A stretch of DNA of 64,000 bases, from assembly GCA_049724395.1 (NCBI GenBank), contig JAUGWO010000118.1, positions 1 through 64,000 on the forward strand, in the 5' to 3' direction. Position numbers and translations under genes: made by a program. This document shows positions 25,407 to 40,147 of this stretch, piece by piece. The notes under the pieces were generated by a model, which saw only the letters and a program-made list of their open reading frames with translations, ran no database searches and was not told the DNA's origin. Position 1 is the first letter of the stretch, and each line of letters opens with the position of its first letter. Origin of the DNA: Spongospora subterranea f. sp. subterranea (lineage: Eukaryota).

Positions 25407-28400
25407 TTAATACTTCTCTGCCATCATAAGCAATACGAGTGTTGTCCATCCTGTGAAAGGGTGAGTCCTTTGCCCATTTCCAGTATTGTGGTTATATTGC
25501 TCCCAGAAATAACCAGTTTCGGAATGAACCCGAATAATGTTGGCGATGAGATTGCTACGCAGGCGTGTATATAGATCACGTGCAGTGGACGCATATGGTC
25601 CATCTTGATCATACCCATAGCTGAGTTACCCAATTAACATTTTGAAACAATTAGGGAAAATAATCCGTACCTGTGTAATGAGGACACAATCATGTAGTTG
25701 ATGTTGATCCAGATCGGTCCTATTTGATGATTTGTGTGAATATTCAGTAGGCTTGACATAACAGATCAGCTCATTACCTCGCCAATAGTTTTCGTCTTTA
25801 CCAAAAAGGTCATCTTTCATACTGAGCGATGTAATTCCGTAATTGGTCCAGAATATTTCGGGGTCGGCTAGTATCTGCAATATACTCTGAAGTTTCGGAG
25901 ATGTCGAAGGTATTTGGCCCAAGCAAAACGGGATTAACGTGTGATAACCAATATGATCCGAAAACGTATAAACTACAGATTCGGCAATCAATGTGAGATA
26001 GAAACAACCAACCAGCAGTCCTTACCATCAGAATCAGTCGAGTTCGGTTGATAAACATCAGCATATATTTTCCTGATTGGATCCCAATGAATATGGTCCA
26101 TGGCCTTCTTCAATTCCGATGACATCTGGTAATAGTTAACCATTAATTCATTACAAGTAATACACTAAATAACCTGTTCGAGCTTTTGCGAATTCGAGTC
26201 ATCCCCGACGATTTCAGCAATCATAGTCATTGTGTCAAGGAGGTATATGACCCAGCTATGCAGATCAACATGGGCTGAATCACGAAAGATTTGAGCATAT
26301 TTCGGATGGGAACATCTAATCGAGAAACATATACCTTGATGCAAAACCACGTTTGGACGTGGTATATCATCGAATCCTGACGCTAAGCAATGCCCTGGAG
26401 TACAACCTTGCCAGCGAAATGATTTGAGCTGGTGCCTACAGATCTTATTCGCCTGGTAACAGCTCGATGTAAATAAAAGCACTCACCCTTTTTGAGTTCG
26501 CAAGAACCATGATGTGAGAAGAAGAAGCTTGGGGTATATGCGCTCTAAGAAAGATGCCAGAGCCGAATTGGGTACAGGGCGAACTTGCTTGAGCTAAAAC
26601 AAGAGATTAGGAAGATAAACTTTTTAAGCACAATGACTACATTATCTGGCGAGTCTACGGAGGACATTTGCATGTCCCTGCCACTTGACCTGGCCAAGAA
26701 TATCAGCACGAATTAATACCATGAAAGTAAATATTATCTGACAAGCGGATCAACTGCTGAATTGCAATTAATAAGGTGGGAGGATTGGCAACACGAGGAT
26801 CTTGAGTCTGGAACTTGTGTGGAACCTGATAAATACCATTAGAGTTATATTTAATCAAGAAAGCAGCGTGCTTCCCCCACGCGAGCACGAGCTTCTTCCC
26901 CTAGTATCTGTTCTCTTGGAAGCCACCCACTGTTTTGAATAAGGTCAATCCAAGACTCTAAAATTTCTAAACTATAAAATCCGTGTCAGTGCAACACTTG
27001 GTAAATTCGTCAATAAACCTCTGATCAAAATCATATCGGCTGAGAAGCAGTTGTTGGAACCCTTCGTCCCACAAGAACCCTCGGGGAAAAAAGGATCTTG
27101 ACGGAGCGACAGCGATCAGTGATGCTTCTTCTGCCAACAAGGAGTTACCGGTGATTGGATCACTCTGTATTGATCGACCATGAAAGTATCTGCATATTGC
27201 TCATAAAAATGTGAACACAATGGCAAGGGCATTAGATTACCCGATTGATCCAATTAAATCGCTAAGGGCAGATTGTGCCACGCGTCTGTCCGATTCTGAA
27301 AATCCCTTGGCCGTAAGATTGAAACACTGTTCCATTTTGATCTTGAATTCATTCCGTTTCTCCTCAATAAGGTCTGATACAAAAGATTGTGACAACAGAG
27401 GCGACTCGGGCTGACCATCTACGCGAATCAGTTGAGCATTATGGTTCGTAAAATAATGAGAGGCATTGAACCTGATGACGGAACACAGGCAATATCTATT
27501 TCAAATGGGAGTGAGAATATGTGCTGAGCATATACAACAGTGGCGTTGGAATTCTGTGATTACATCAGAAGTAATTGCTGAAGGCAGAATGGCTAGAACC
27601 GACAACATCGTTTGATAGAGTAGCAAATAGATCGGCATCATCTATCTGAGATAACATATCATCATCGGACGGGACACTAAACGTTTTTGAGCCCATCCGT
27701 TCTCGGATTGCATTTTCTGATTTATATTTTCGTCGAAGAAACTACTCAAAGATGAGTCCACGAGCGAGAGACATGTATAGCTACATATTCGAACCTTGAG
27801 TCTCTGCTGAACTAGTGATGTGATAGAGGACTGCATTGATTGGCGAACATGTTCCTTAACATCCCAGAAAGATTCAGAAGGTAACACCGCAGACGAAAAA
27901 TATGGCTGATTGAGATGGATTTCCCCAGGACGGTCAAAGTTTGGAATCACAGGGTGGGAATTGCCAATTGAAGACGTGCTCTACTCCATCATAAGTAACG
28001 ATCATAGTTACCAAGCCCCCGATATTACGATATTGTATTTGCCGATCTCGCCGAAGTCCCCTGAGAAATGTGTGTGATGGTCCCCGATATATCCATCAAA
28101 TGGTATGATGGAGTGACGTCGCGATTGGAGGGTGATATACCAGAAGAGATTCATTGACGATATGGTGGAAGACGGCAACTTTTTGCCCGATATTCTTAAT
28201 ACCCATCCCGAACCTAGAAGAATGGATATTGTGTTCTACTTATGACGCACTACTGCAATAACAAGCCTTCATTACCTGGTACTTGCACGAATGAGGTTGT
28301 GAGGTTAACCCCAGTGAACAGATCAGGCAAGTGTTGAACCGCTGCCTGAACTCCATCATGGAATTCATACCCGAAACCTTGCATCTGATCTCGATCGTCA

Positions 28401-28666
28401 CAATCATGGCGTATATCTGGACAATCAGGACATAAATCAGGTAATACTTATCCACAATAGCAAAATAGCTGACGATTATATCCATCCATCATATCGGCAT
28501 TGCTGAACATGATTCCGAATAGAGGGCTGTCCGGAACCCGGGCCTTGACCCCGGCGTAAATGCCAGGGCGGTAGGTGCCCCAGGTCTGGCGAGCATTGAC
28601 CGTGATCGGCAGCGCGGCGGTAATCAGCAAGATGCTTATCACATATATCCTGGTCATGTCACCCAT
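25407..28666 (-). CDS. MOGS: Mannosyl-oligosaccharide glucosidase I (GH63), many introns
   Basis: [62 protein letters not shown] and ENYWRG motifs, ending LMMAEKY*. Confidence 0.92.
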
Positions 28667-29127
28667 GCAGATCTAGTAAACCTCTAATGGGGAAATGAAC
28701 CCTGCTCTGTAAAGAGGTATGAGGGGATTTTAGGTGGGTAGTTAAGGGATCTTAATGACGAATCGGTTTATGTGACCCGTATCCACGGCACAATACGCTA
28801 AAAGGTCTGTTGACCTGTAGCCTGTGGGGATACCCCTACGCCCTACGCCTTCCGCATCGTAATCGCTCAATCATATTTCAATGTCTACCATGTCATCGCC
28901 GTGCAGTGAATCGATTCAACGTGATAACATCCTTGTGGTGAAATTTTATGAACTAAACTGAACAATGATCCGTCGAAATATGACCCAGGGGCCTGAAATG
29001 CGGTGAGTTTTTTCGTCTAGTGACGAATGAAAACTCTGACGTGTGGTGACACCACCCGGTTTAGTGACTTTAGGTGACATGAGTCATGAATCAAGGAGCG
29101 CGGCCGAGTCTTGATGACCTATTGTCA

Positions 29128-29353
29128 TTATAAAGTTTTGATTATATTATAGACAAATACATTAGGCTCCTACTCCAACTCTCGCTCCTAACGCAACATT
29201 CCGCTACACAAAATCGAAACTTTATAATCTTGGAGCGATGAAGACAGAATCGGCGTACGACGATTTCCAAGATTATAAAGTTTCGATTATATTATAGACA
29301 AATACATTAGGCTCCTACTCCAACTCTCGCTCCTAACCCAACATTCCGCTACA
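29128..29353. repeat. ~80-bp direct repeat with an embedded 23-bp inverted repeat
   Basis: 29128-29208 matches 29274-29353. AATCGAAACTTTATAATCTTGGA (29212-29234) is the reverse complement of 29266-29288. Confidence 0.85.
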
Positions 29354-32300
29354 GACGTCTGGAACATAACCATTTTCGTTTTTTAATCGCGGCCGTTTCT
29401 TCCAACTATAACCAACATTTTCCCCAGGTTGTTGATATTCCGGAAGAAATGCCATTTGTGATAGCATATGAACTAACGCTCCTCAAAGTTGGCCAGCTAT
29501 GCGCAAGATGGATTAAATATTACGTGCCCGCTTGGGACAAGCGCTGCACACGATCTGAACGAAGGGTATCGGTGCTACTTTTGAATGGGCATCAATTTTA
29601 ACATTTTCAGCAAGCAATGTCATAATCTTATTGCGCTGGTAGGTAAGCCCATCGCGGTACTGTTCAGAACGATGTTGATCCAACTTCAGACCCATGTCAG
29701 TTATCAAAAGATAGAAGCATTTTCATGAATACTTTGCCACAATTTGTAATCAGCTCAATCAAGCATTAGCTGAGACATGAGCACTTCAGTCTCGTGGCAT
29801 GGTCGAGTCGGTTTGATGTAAACATGTAGGAGATCTGACGACTTAATTCTTCACGCCCGTTTGTGCTTCGTGTTCAGGAATCCATGGGACGATTATCTTA
29901 ACGCATTCGACAACCACTAAGTTCGTTGAATGAGAACTCCATCTACAAGTACATAACGTCTAAATTCAGGTGCATTTGAAGTCGAAGATACACAGAACAT
30001 TGAGCGATAACAAAATAGCTGATGAATTCGATTTTGGGCATTTTTATGACCAGGATGCGTCAGCGGCCGCATGGAACCTGAACTTTCAAAATATTGTTTC
30101 TGTGTCTTTACCAAATTCGCCCATTTTAGGTGAAATCTGTCAATTAAAAAGCATATCTGGATTATGGAAATCCTCATAGCCGCAGAACACGCGCCGTCGT
30201 TTAGTCGTTGTCTGACATGTAGAGGCACAAAGCAATTGATGCCCAGACGTGCGATGCGATCTGTTAGGTGGAATCGCGAACCACAGTTCAATATATGATA
30301 GTTCAAGTAAGAAAAAAAAATGAAAAGAAAATTCAGAACAGCAATTCAAAACAGACAACTTTAATTCGTGTTTTGGAATTGTAACTGTTTGATATCAGCG
30401 GGAACGAATGGGATTTCGAACGCCCAACTGATTCTCATCCTGACTGGATAAGACTGCCCAACGCATCATATGCAAAGAACTTGTCGTCGCGAGTTGCTCA
30501 CCGGGCATTGGAGCGAGAGTCGTCAGAGATGACGTCGCGTTTGGACGGAAGTTATTTATTTTCATCACCATTATCAAGTTAAAAGAAATTTTCAGCATAA
30601 AAACGAAACTTAATTTCTAGCAGCATATCCCGTTTCGGTCAACTATATTTGACGAAAATATAATCGTAGTGTAAACCGCTTCACCCGCAAAATGAGTGAC
30701 TAGATCTTCATAATAAATTTCTCGGGATGAAAAAAGCGTTTCCCTTTTCTGCTTATCGACACCGTTGTGCAAAGTTCTCGGTAGGAATTTGACGTTGTTG
30801 ATAGATCAATTTCACATGAACTCTGGTGATGTCAAAGCCGAACTTCATTCTTGCCCTTGAATCCAATGCGATATCGCGCTCATGTCATGGTCAGCATATC
30901 TGGCCATAAGAAAGGTCGTTGGTGATCATTTTGGCCCTGATCGTTATAGAGTATAACGATAGACGTTGACGCTGAAATTGTGTGGAGGGAGAATAGAGGC
31001 AAAACACGGTGAGAAGAGAGAAGGGTATTTATTAAAATGATGTTCTATGTGGCGAGAGGGCTCATATCAAGTGTATTAAAGATCATCATATGCTAATAGC
31101 CGCATGCCATAAACCATGATGTGGACCATGGCCTGAAGCATGGGCAATAGACTACCAGATCTTCACGAGTTTAATCATTGCCCGGAGAGTGATAATGCAT
31201 TAAGTATGTAGTGGCTTACAGAAAACCGATAACCTGATGCTCTTTGTAATTAATGTCTCCCAAATCTCCTACCGGCCTATTGTAAGTCATCACCGCCATT
31301 TCCCACAAGAATGGGTATGACAATCAGATAATCGCTGCTTGATAGTCAGCTACCTTCTACAAATAATTATAGCATAGATATGTGAAGCAGCATTGATACA
31401 AAGAGCCGATTAGGATTCCAATCTAAGAAACCCATACCTCCAACAGATTCAACGGTCCAATAGCACTACTAACCTTATACCATCAATCACAAAGACTATG
31501 TGAGCCGCTTCCTCAGAAAGGAGTTGCAGTCGGCGTTCGCGCACTCCGCAAAGAGGCCGTTGCAACTGTGTTTCAGTGATTGCGCAGGAGCAATGAAGGG
31601 GTCACGCCGCACAAGTGGTTTCTGGGCTCAATGTCACTACCCAGTACGACCGACACATGCAGCGCGACGCTCGTGTTGAAGTTCGTGGTGATCGACGTAT
31701 ACAACGGCACAACAAGCACTTTGAACACAGAAATTAATTTGATCGAGAACAGAGAACAAACAATGTGATTGCCAGAGATCACGTGTTGGCCTGTAATCAA
31801 TTACGAGTATATTCTAAATTTTTGGATGAATCTCAATAATCCATTGATCTCGTTGTTATTACATCAAGGCAATTCGACCGACAGGCAGAATCGTTAATGT
31901 TATCAATGATACGATCGAGTGCTGAAAACAACCCAATTCTGGTTGCCAGAAATCACGTGTTGGCTGAAAATGCAAGTAATGAATGAAATCTTTGTATAAA
32001 AAGTCTCGATTATATTATTAACTACATTAGTTTTTATGTCTGCCTGTTGGTCACATCGCCGTTATATCCTAACAACGAGTCCTCACTCAACGAGTTAATT
32101 GAGATTCTGACCTTGGTCAACAGAATACGTTAACAACCACCGCAACATCGATGAAATAGGAACCCCAGCAGAATTCCCTGTCAAATGGATGAACGAGCTA
32201 CATCGCTACCGACAAAGCCAAGGGGAGATAATGCCATTGCTAAATTTGCTAAAACTGGGAGAGCTAGCTAACGAAAACCAGGTCCATATTCACTTTATTG

Positions 32301-33875
32301 GAAGTCATGTATCCGACATGGATAAGAAAGAAAGCGCAGACTACCCAATGAAACTGTCGTAGCGAAGAGTTTTGACGAACTCGATAAGCAAGCGATAGTG
32401 ACGTGGCCTCTCCTCTGTACTCTCAAAATTTTAGTGCAGAACTCCTTGTCATTTATGGCAGCTAGTGTACACTGTACGCATGAGGGTTCAAAGTTCAATC
32501 ACCACTGGCATCTCCGTGACTCCACTGTTGATGACTGGAAGCAGTGACTCTGCCAGTGGTATTGTCGCGAACTTCAAGTGCGCGAACTTAAAAGTAAACA
32601 CCGGGAGCAGAGGGATAGTGTACATACAGCCCTCTTCAAAAAATGAACCGAATAAAACGTCTCCTCTTCAATTGTGTAATCAACTTTTTCATGCCCTTTT
32701 TATAAAACATGATGTTCTTTTTGTTTGGTTCAGAATTCGGTTCATTTCTTGAGGATGTATCCACAGTGTTGTTCGAAGTCTGTTTGATTGTGTAGATCGA
32801 TCATCACATTCGTAGTGTGAAAATTCATTGACATTGCGTCGAATTTTCAGTTATGAAACGCAAATTACACCTATTTGTTGTTGATCTGAAAGGCAATGCC
32901 AGGTCCTTTTGGTTTTCCTCGTTTAATGAGAGCATGTCACAGGTTAAAAAAGAGGTTCTACGCGTTCTGTGGTCGTTGAGTTTTCCGCTCATTGAGTATG
33001 AGGACTAGACCATACACCCCGGCAATACCAAAATAATATGCAAATTTTCCAGCTATGGCACCAACCAATTACAGTACCATTATCCGCTGCGAATCTCTTT
33101 CCGATGCAAGCACATGGCCGAGCACCATTGGCAAAGTTGCAGACTGCGGCCACGTTTAAGAATATAGAATCCATTGCAGTTGCTGTATGGCTTCGCCATG
33201 CCGTATGGTTCTGTTGCTTGGGATGTTCATACCTTCGGATGCACCTAGGTATCCATTAACCGTCTTGGGATTTGACTGAGCGTAAGAAGAGACGAGCGCC
33301 TTCATCAAGGCACGAATTACACGAATTAGATACCCTTAGATATCATGAAGACATATAAAAACATCAGTGCGTCCAGAGCCATCGTTAATGAAAGGGGTAT
33401 TGGCAAAACGATTTGCTTGCAGCGCTTGTCGATTGTTGCAAAGCAAACCGAAATGGGCTAAAACTTACATCGCGCTTTTCGTTGACAGATAATTGGATGT
33501 CATGACACCGGTTTGAGTAAACTAACGATGCATGCTTAAATTCCCCTGTACTCGTGTATTGCAGTTGTCGTCAGGTTTTTTGCAACTCAGGCTGGTCTGA
33601 TGATCGTCTACCTTTTTTATTACCAGCCAATCATCGTAAGGAATACAGTGTGTGGTGAACTCTAGTAAGTTTCGTCATTGGTATGTAAAAGCCGTTGTCT
33701 CGCAGGAGCTGCGTACCGGGGGCCACGACACCGTATTGGGCTCCGATTGCATCATCAAACGCGCGGCGCATTGTGCGAATTTGTGGTGATTGAAAACAAC
33801 GTACTTGTACCGGTCTGTGTGACCGCTAAACGGTGTTCAAAGTCGGGCAAGGCTCAGGACCATCGTTGCTTGGCT

Positions 33876-34225
33876 ATGACCGCATTGCTCAATCAGGATA
33901 GGACCGCTGGTGCCTTGCTGTTGGGCCTCACCCTTTCCGCCATTACATATAATACTCTATGGCTAATAATCACCGTATTCCACGTTCATTCTCTCCTCAT
34001 CCGCTTACCTCCTGACAATGTATTTTGGATTAGCCGTTTGTTGACGCTGATCAAACACTGCAATACTTCTTCCCGAACCGGGAAATTGCGATTTTGATCC
34101 CAATACTGGTCGGCATATTCCTATTCACTATCGTGTTCACCTTCATATCGCTGGTCATGATCCACTCTAGTGATGACTATAAGGCAGTGGATGTGTTCCC
34201 TAAGACGCCGGTCCATTATTATTAA
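33876..34225 (+). CDS. DPM2: Dolichol-phosphate mannosyltransferase regulatory subunit DPM2
   Basis: DRTAGALLL...YNTLWLIIT|PFVDADQTLQYFFPNREIAILIP matches the DPM2 pattern. Intron 33975-34033. Confidence 0.85.
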
Positions 34226-34639
34226 GGTCTCCTTCTTGAGAGCACCACTCCTTTTATTTTTACAAATAATATTTCCTCCGGTTTCGATTCTCAAGGCTTG
34301 TTGTAGTGAAAGTGTCTCTATCTTTCATCACATACTCATCTGGTACGGGGCTCTAAAATACCACAAAACATTATCATAAATGCAATCGATATTGGTTTTT
34401 CATGTTGATCTAAATACGATAATACCAAGGGTTATCGAAACGCAGGGCGAACGTACACACAGCAGTTAAATGCACGTCGGTGCTGGCATTCAACCCGACA
34501 GTAGGTTTAAAAAAAACATTGAGTGTTCGTCGACTTATGCCAGGTCATCCGGGCAAGCTATCGAGATTCGGCTGCTGATTAGAATGGGATGGATATTTCC
34601 GTATCTGGCCTTCTGAGGGTTCGCCATCCTGTCGTATTG

Positions 34640-34687
34640 CTCGCTTACCCGATCACTCGCTTACCCCGATCACTCGCTTACCCCGAT
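34640..34687. repeat. ~17-bp tandem repeat (3 copies, CTCGCTTACCCCGATCA)
   Basis: Directly visible in the sequence. Confidence 0.8.
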
Positions 34688-35485
34688 AATCGGTTGGTGG
34701 CAGGGGTGGGCGCTGCCACACGTAATTGATTCTGATTGTATAAACACGACAAACGTGAGTATGCACAGAATGATACACTGCATTATACTTGGCCATCAAG
34801 AAATGGTATGCGGTGTCCAGTTTGTGTGTGCCTCATGGGCAGCAGAGCTTGTGCAATGGCCTCGTTTATTGTTTCAGGGGTGGGCACCTTCGAGAAGTAT
34901 ATATCAATCTTCCCTGGATAATACTTGTGTCCGTTGCGATTGCAGCCCTGGCAGACATGGGCCTTCGAGTCAGTTAAATGCCCGGAAACGCCCTCGTCTG
35001 TCAGGGCTGCAATGACCTTGTCTGCAGAAGGAACAGTTTGAGGCATTGGACTCCCACATCAAGAAACTTGAAGCAGTTCGGGAACCGGACAATCACATTA
35101 CGACAGCATTGTTTTTTATGTCGACATTTTTTCCAATCTCTTAACTATTGCTACCTATATATTGACAAGCGTCGTCGTTTCTTTTTCAAAACAAAAAAAT
35201 CTGTTTGAGGGGAATGTAGTGCCGCAGCGTTAGCTCGTATCAGAGTCCAGATCCCTGAACACTCTTCTGATTTTTGTTCTCTTTTGAACACAACCACATT
35301 TTCTTCGTATATCTCTCCACACAACTAACTACTCTTGTACTGAGGCGTTCCCGCTGACAAAGTACTTTTGCCCAAAAAACATCTCTGGTAGGCCGCCTTA
35401 GGTTGGTGACAAAACCTCGACCTGAGTTGGCGAGTGATTCACGGACAATCGCAGAAGAAACCAAATTTGTTCGCGACTGCTATTC

Positions 35486-36900
35486 ATGATGGAACGGTAA
35501 CGACATCTACAAACTTTAACAATTTTAGTTCCTTTACTGACGATATTGCACGGTTTTCATACTGACTCTCCTGATCACTCTTCAGCTACACCAGAAATCC
35601 TTCTGGATCTGCAATCGCCCGCCAGGGGTACTATTTTCTCTAAGGTTAATCAACTTTCCCGAACACTTTTTAAATCTAGTCAGTCAGTTATCAAGCAAAA
35701 CGAACAAGGTTTTGAATCTTCTGCCAATCAGAAGGGATTCACGTTTTTTTCCTCTGCGTTATTTAGCATATCCCGCCGTCATTGATTTAGCAATCGTATC
35801 GCCCAGATTGTCAATAATGAGTCGTTTCCTGATATATAGAGTATTACAGTTTTTGACCAGCCCCAATGTAATCCAAGCTCTAGGTTGGTTCATGGTTTGT
35901 GGCCTAATCTGCCTGTCCCCACTCAATCCTTTTCCAGAAACCTTGTGCATATTCGTCTGTGTAGTCATATATATTCCGGATATGATCAAGAACTACATAA
36001 GTAAACAGCCTAAAGAACTTTCTATCGATACGTTGTCATTACGGTGGGTTTCAGTTCTCATCTCTGCTGCCGATTTGATCGATTCTTAACGGTTGTGCGG
36101 CGACATGTTGCTAGCTGCTGCCTGTTTCTTGACGGACCAAAAATCGTAACTGTTCTCTATGCTCTGAATACGATTACCCTTTTACTACAAGTTCACTATT
36201 TTTATCCTGGTGATTCGTTCATCTCCTCAACTTGGCCTAATTGATAGTTCCCGGCCTCTGTCGCCAACCAGGTCAGGTTCCAACAACTGCTCTTGATCGA
36301 CTCCAACCGAACACATTTCGGATAATATATGGCCCACTTTGATGACAGTACTGATCTGCTCTATAGTCCTCAATCTTCCGTTTTTTCTATATATCGCCGC
36401 TCTTGAAGGTTTACTCGGAAGTGTTTACTCGTTCGCCGAAGCGGCTGCTCTGGCTGGAGCCACGTCTTTCTGGCTTTCGAACGCGATCTATCATTTCTCC
36501 CGATTTCCTCAAATCGCCATGAATTCCAGGTTGCGCAAATGCCACCGTGTTGCTATGATGTGTAGGCCTCTAATGTATGTTGCCCTTTCAATTTATGGAT
36601 TGAGCGCGCTATCCAATGTATTATCGTTCACGAGGCCCAATGCATCTCAAAATCAAGCACTGCTTGAATATTGCCAGCATACTGTGCCACGTTTTCTTGG
36701 CATTATCGGGTCGACCGTTCTGGACATCATCGTTTTTATTTCAAGCTTATGAAACACACTTATTCTCTCTATCCGAATTACACATATACATGCATTTAGA
36801 ATATTACCGATTCAATATTCACGAAACACATCGACATGAGTTCATCTATGAACCTGCTGGGAGCTGCCGACCTTCCACACACGCCATCGTTCAGCCTTGA
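35486..36900 (+). CDS. PQ-loop family multi-pass membrane transporter (PQLC2/Ypq-like); boundaries approximate
   Basis: Two PQ-loop-like repeats (IYIPDMIKNYISK..ELS and YHFSRFPQIAMNSRLRK) and several hydrophobic segments ending LGIIGSTVLDIIVF. Confidence 0.65.
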
Positions 36901-37174
36901 ATCCGTTTTGCGCAGCAATTTTTCTGAGGTCGGCTTGAGTTTTCATACGACCTTGCACTTCAGGTGATGAGAATTACCTACTGGTTTCGACACATTCCAG
37001 CAAACAGAGAAACACGCCTTTACAATATGAGAACTGACAGCAACCGGCCAAGACGCCAACCTGAAAATTGTACCCGACTGCCTTGGAAAGTTCAATCGGA
37101 CACAACATATGAATAATTCATGTCTTTGAAGCGATGTTTTGGTTTCTTCTAAATGTAATGGTTTGATTTATTTT

Positions 37175-37807
37175 TTAGCCCCTATCTCTAGTGTATCGAC
37201 TGCAAATTCCTCGACCGTAGTTTTTCAACGGCTCGCTGTCTTCGTCTCTTGGATCGAAAGGTAGATTTCCTCCAATATTGGCACAGGTTGCCGCCTGGCG
37301 TGGTTGCTTTGGCATCGGTGGCGCTCCAGCAGAGACGATTTTCTGCATTTGGCCCTGCTGCTGTTGAAATTCTGTTGCCACCTTCTCATGCATCGTCGAC
37401 ACTTTCGGCAGAATTGGCCTTGGCACGAACTCATCTACTTTCATCTCAATTGCGGGTTCTTCTGTCGCAACGCTGCTGGTTCCGTCTGACGAATCAACGG
37501 TTCGGAGGAGTATGACCCCGTTGTAATACGATGAGATTGGGGCGGTCTGTATTGCATGTGCCAACGATGATGGGGAATTGACCGTCATTCCCGCACATGT
37601 AAACTCATGAATATGTGCCTCATCGGCATCGTTGATCACGTCGAAGATGAAGGAGTATTCGCGGCCACGATTCAGCGCCATCTGACGGTTGACGAACGTG
37701 ACTAAGCTGTCGAAGTCGCGTCGGTCTTGAAGGCGGCATTGTCGTGGGGTCTCGCCCGATTTTGTGATCACGCTGACCACAACATGTGTTAACGGGACCC
37801 AACCCAT
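37175..37807 (-). CDS. Hypothetical protein (~210 aa)
   Basis: Long open frame with coding-like composition and a Q/P-rich tail. The start codon is uncertain and no family was recognised. Confidence 0.45.
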   Translation of the reverse strand: MGWVPLTHVVVSVITKSGETPRQCRLQDRRDFDSLVTFVNRQMALNRGREYSFIFDVINDADEAHIHEFTCAGMTVNSPSSLAHAIQTAPISSYYNGVILLRTVDSSDGTSSVATEEPAIEMKVDEFVPRPILPKVSTMHEKVATEFQQQQGQMQKIVSAGAPPMPKQPRQAATCANIGGNLPFDPRDEDSEPLKNYGRGICSRYTRDRG

Positions 37808-38209
37808 TCAATCAAGCTGTCGCCAACGCAATCGTTATGGCTTGCTAAGATCTGTTCTCTGTACTCTTGCTCGATCTGATAATCACTCTATCAGTCCCTT
37901 CTCGATGTCAAGTGACCTCGCTCGGCACATTCATTCTTGCGCCACATCCATCAATGCAGGCGGCTTTGTAAATGAACCATCGTTTTTCGTTATGGACAAC
38001 CCGATTGACGTTTGCTTTCAACGGCCGAAATTTCAGTCTATCTGACAATCACGAAGTGTGGTTCTAATAATGACAATTATGGCATGGGGCGGCCGCAACG
38101 TACATAACCTGGTTTCGCCTTTGCTCCACAGGCCACCGCATCAAAATCGTCCTGTTTCCATCGATAGCAACTTCCCTTGATAGGTCCGTTTTGAACTGAT
38201 CAGGGATTT

Positions 38210-40147
38210 TCAACTTGAGGAGGATTTTGCAGGGGCAACAGAGTATTTGGCAGTAGGTTCTGATATCGACCTCAGCAGCCGTTTGGTTTCGAAAATATTG
38301 CTCTGAAGTATAGTGTATGTCAAAGCTGAGTGCCTGGTCACGTTGTCCATCTGGCGTACCGCATTAACTGCAAATTACGGGGCGAACTGGGAGCAACAAA
38401 ATTAAGATTGCCAATCCATTTGACAGACAATAGTACAACCATGTCAGAGAATGTTAAAAACATTTTTGTCACGAGTAACACCTGACACTTGATCCTTTTG
38501 CTATATAAGGATTACGGCAGTACTGCAGCCGGCACGTTGCCAACTCAGCATGACATTCTGAAATACTGTACTACATCCTATCGACTTTCTCCTCACGACA
38601 ATGTTTTCGTCGTACATTCGAAAAATTAGCTAATACATTAATATAATGAATCGATAAGAAAACCGGCTCCTTTTTCACACTCCGCTGCGGAATTCTGGAT
38701 CGGAAGGAGACAGCGTTGAAGACCGACATTTTACCACAAATTGATGTTACGTATTCCAAAGAGTTGATAACATCTGAGTCGCGACCGGATTGGAATCAAC
38801 CCAAAGACTACGCAAGTGTTAGCAACGAAATCAAAATATTAATGATCGCAATACCAGAACTTAGCAACTTGTTCTGGAGTGAAAATCGCCCTCAATCTGT
38901 CGATGTGTTCATGCTGGGCAACAAGATGGCGATGAATACCCTCCGAAAGTTTCCGGAGACGGGATCCGAGCTGGTGAGCTGTCCAATATAAGTCTTGAAA
39001 AGGTTTATGATATCTTTGTAACACTTGGTATTGTTCAGGTGACAGTTGCGCCTAGAAATGACAAAGTTGAACGACAAACAGAGAACAAAGTCAAAAGATC
39101 ATAAGACCTGGAGCAACAATGCATCATTTGGGAACTGTAGTTGCGATCCTGGTGCTGTTATGCTTAAAGCCCATTCAATCACCTTATCTTGCGGCGACGG
39201 CTGAAGGTTTTTGGATGCCCTGTCAATATAAAATTCAGCAGAATTTTGTCGATTTCGTGAATTGCGAATAAATTCCTGTAAATTGGAAAGATTAATCACA
39301 TTGCGGAAATTGAAAAACCGATATAAGTACCTCCAGCAAATTGCTCAGTTCATCAGCCGGCACAGGATTCTGTTTCAACAATTCGGCCATTCGAGATTTG
39401 ATCGCGTTCTGATCAGACCTAGATACCTCATCAGCACATCAGGCCGAACCTTATGATCATATACAATTTGCATACGCGAGTTTTGACAAAATCTGCTTCG
39501 GATCGCAAGAGGACTGCAATTCCGCAAGGCGCGCCGTCAACCTAGAAAGGTCGGCTTCTAAACTCAAAATGAATTCCTAAAAAAAAAACATCGATCAGAA
39601 TAATATGCATTGATGAATTAACCATAATTTCCACCTTCTTTCTTCGACGACACAATCGAGCAGATTCGGCTTTCTTCGCGAGCTTTTGCGATTCGGACTC
39701 AGTTGAATTCAAAGAGACCAATGAAACTGGCGCAGTTTGAATGCGACGCAGACCAGATTGCTGAACACAGTATAAGAACAGGCTCCTTCAAAATTGAGTG
39801 TTGAGTACGTCTTTGGACATAGGGAAAGTATTCGGCCCAATCAAGGGCAGTATCAATATGGCAGGAGTTGGCTGCGGTAGCAAGGATGATTGATCGATCG
39901 GCGATAGGCCTAAGATCAACATGTGAGAAAAACAGGCCATACAAGCAGTCAGGTGGAGGATCTAACCCGGCCTCTGCGATGAAGATGTGAAATTCTCCAC
40001 CATGCTCATTCCGGGCAGGTCCTGGTGCATATAATGCTGCTGATGTTGGTGCAGCTCCTGGTCGAAATCGCGCTGGATACCGAACGTGTAGCGATCCATT
40101 TGCTGCGATTGATGCGCTAGCCTTGGAATGGGCGACGATACAAACAT
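38210..40147 (-). CDS. bZIP transcription factor (multi-exon; 3' end uncertain)
   Basis: Basic region KLAKKAESARLCRRRKK, an intron, then leucine zipper EFILSLEADLSRLTARLAELQ (39500-39700). Q/H-rich N-terminal exon. Confidence 0.75.

Noticed and set aside
29400..31000. Possible Gypsy gag/integrase remnants
   Set aside because: Only vague similarity (AHSKVAPIPFVQIV); no diagnostic motif or LTR found.
31500..32750. Possible Helitron helicase or hAT dimerisation remnants
   Set aside because: Similarity too weak to support by eye, and no termini identified.
34400..35470. Short minus-strand ORFs (e.g. 34783-35046)
   Set aside because: No recognisable domain or convincing exon chain.
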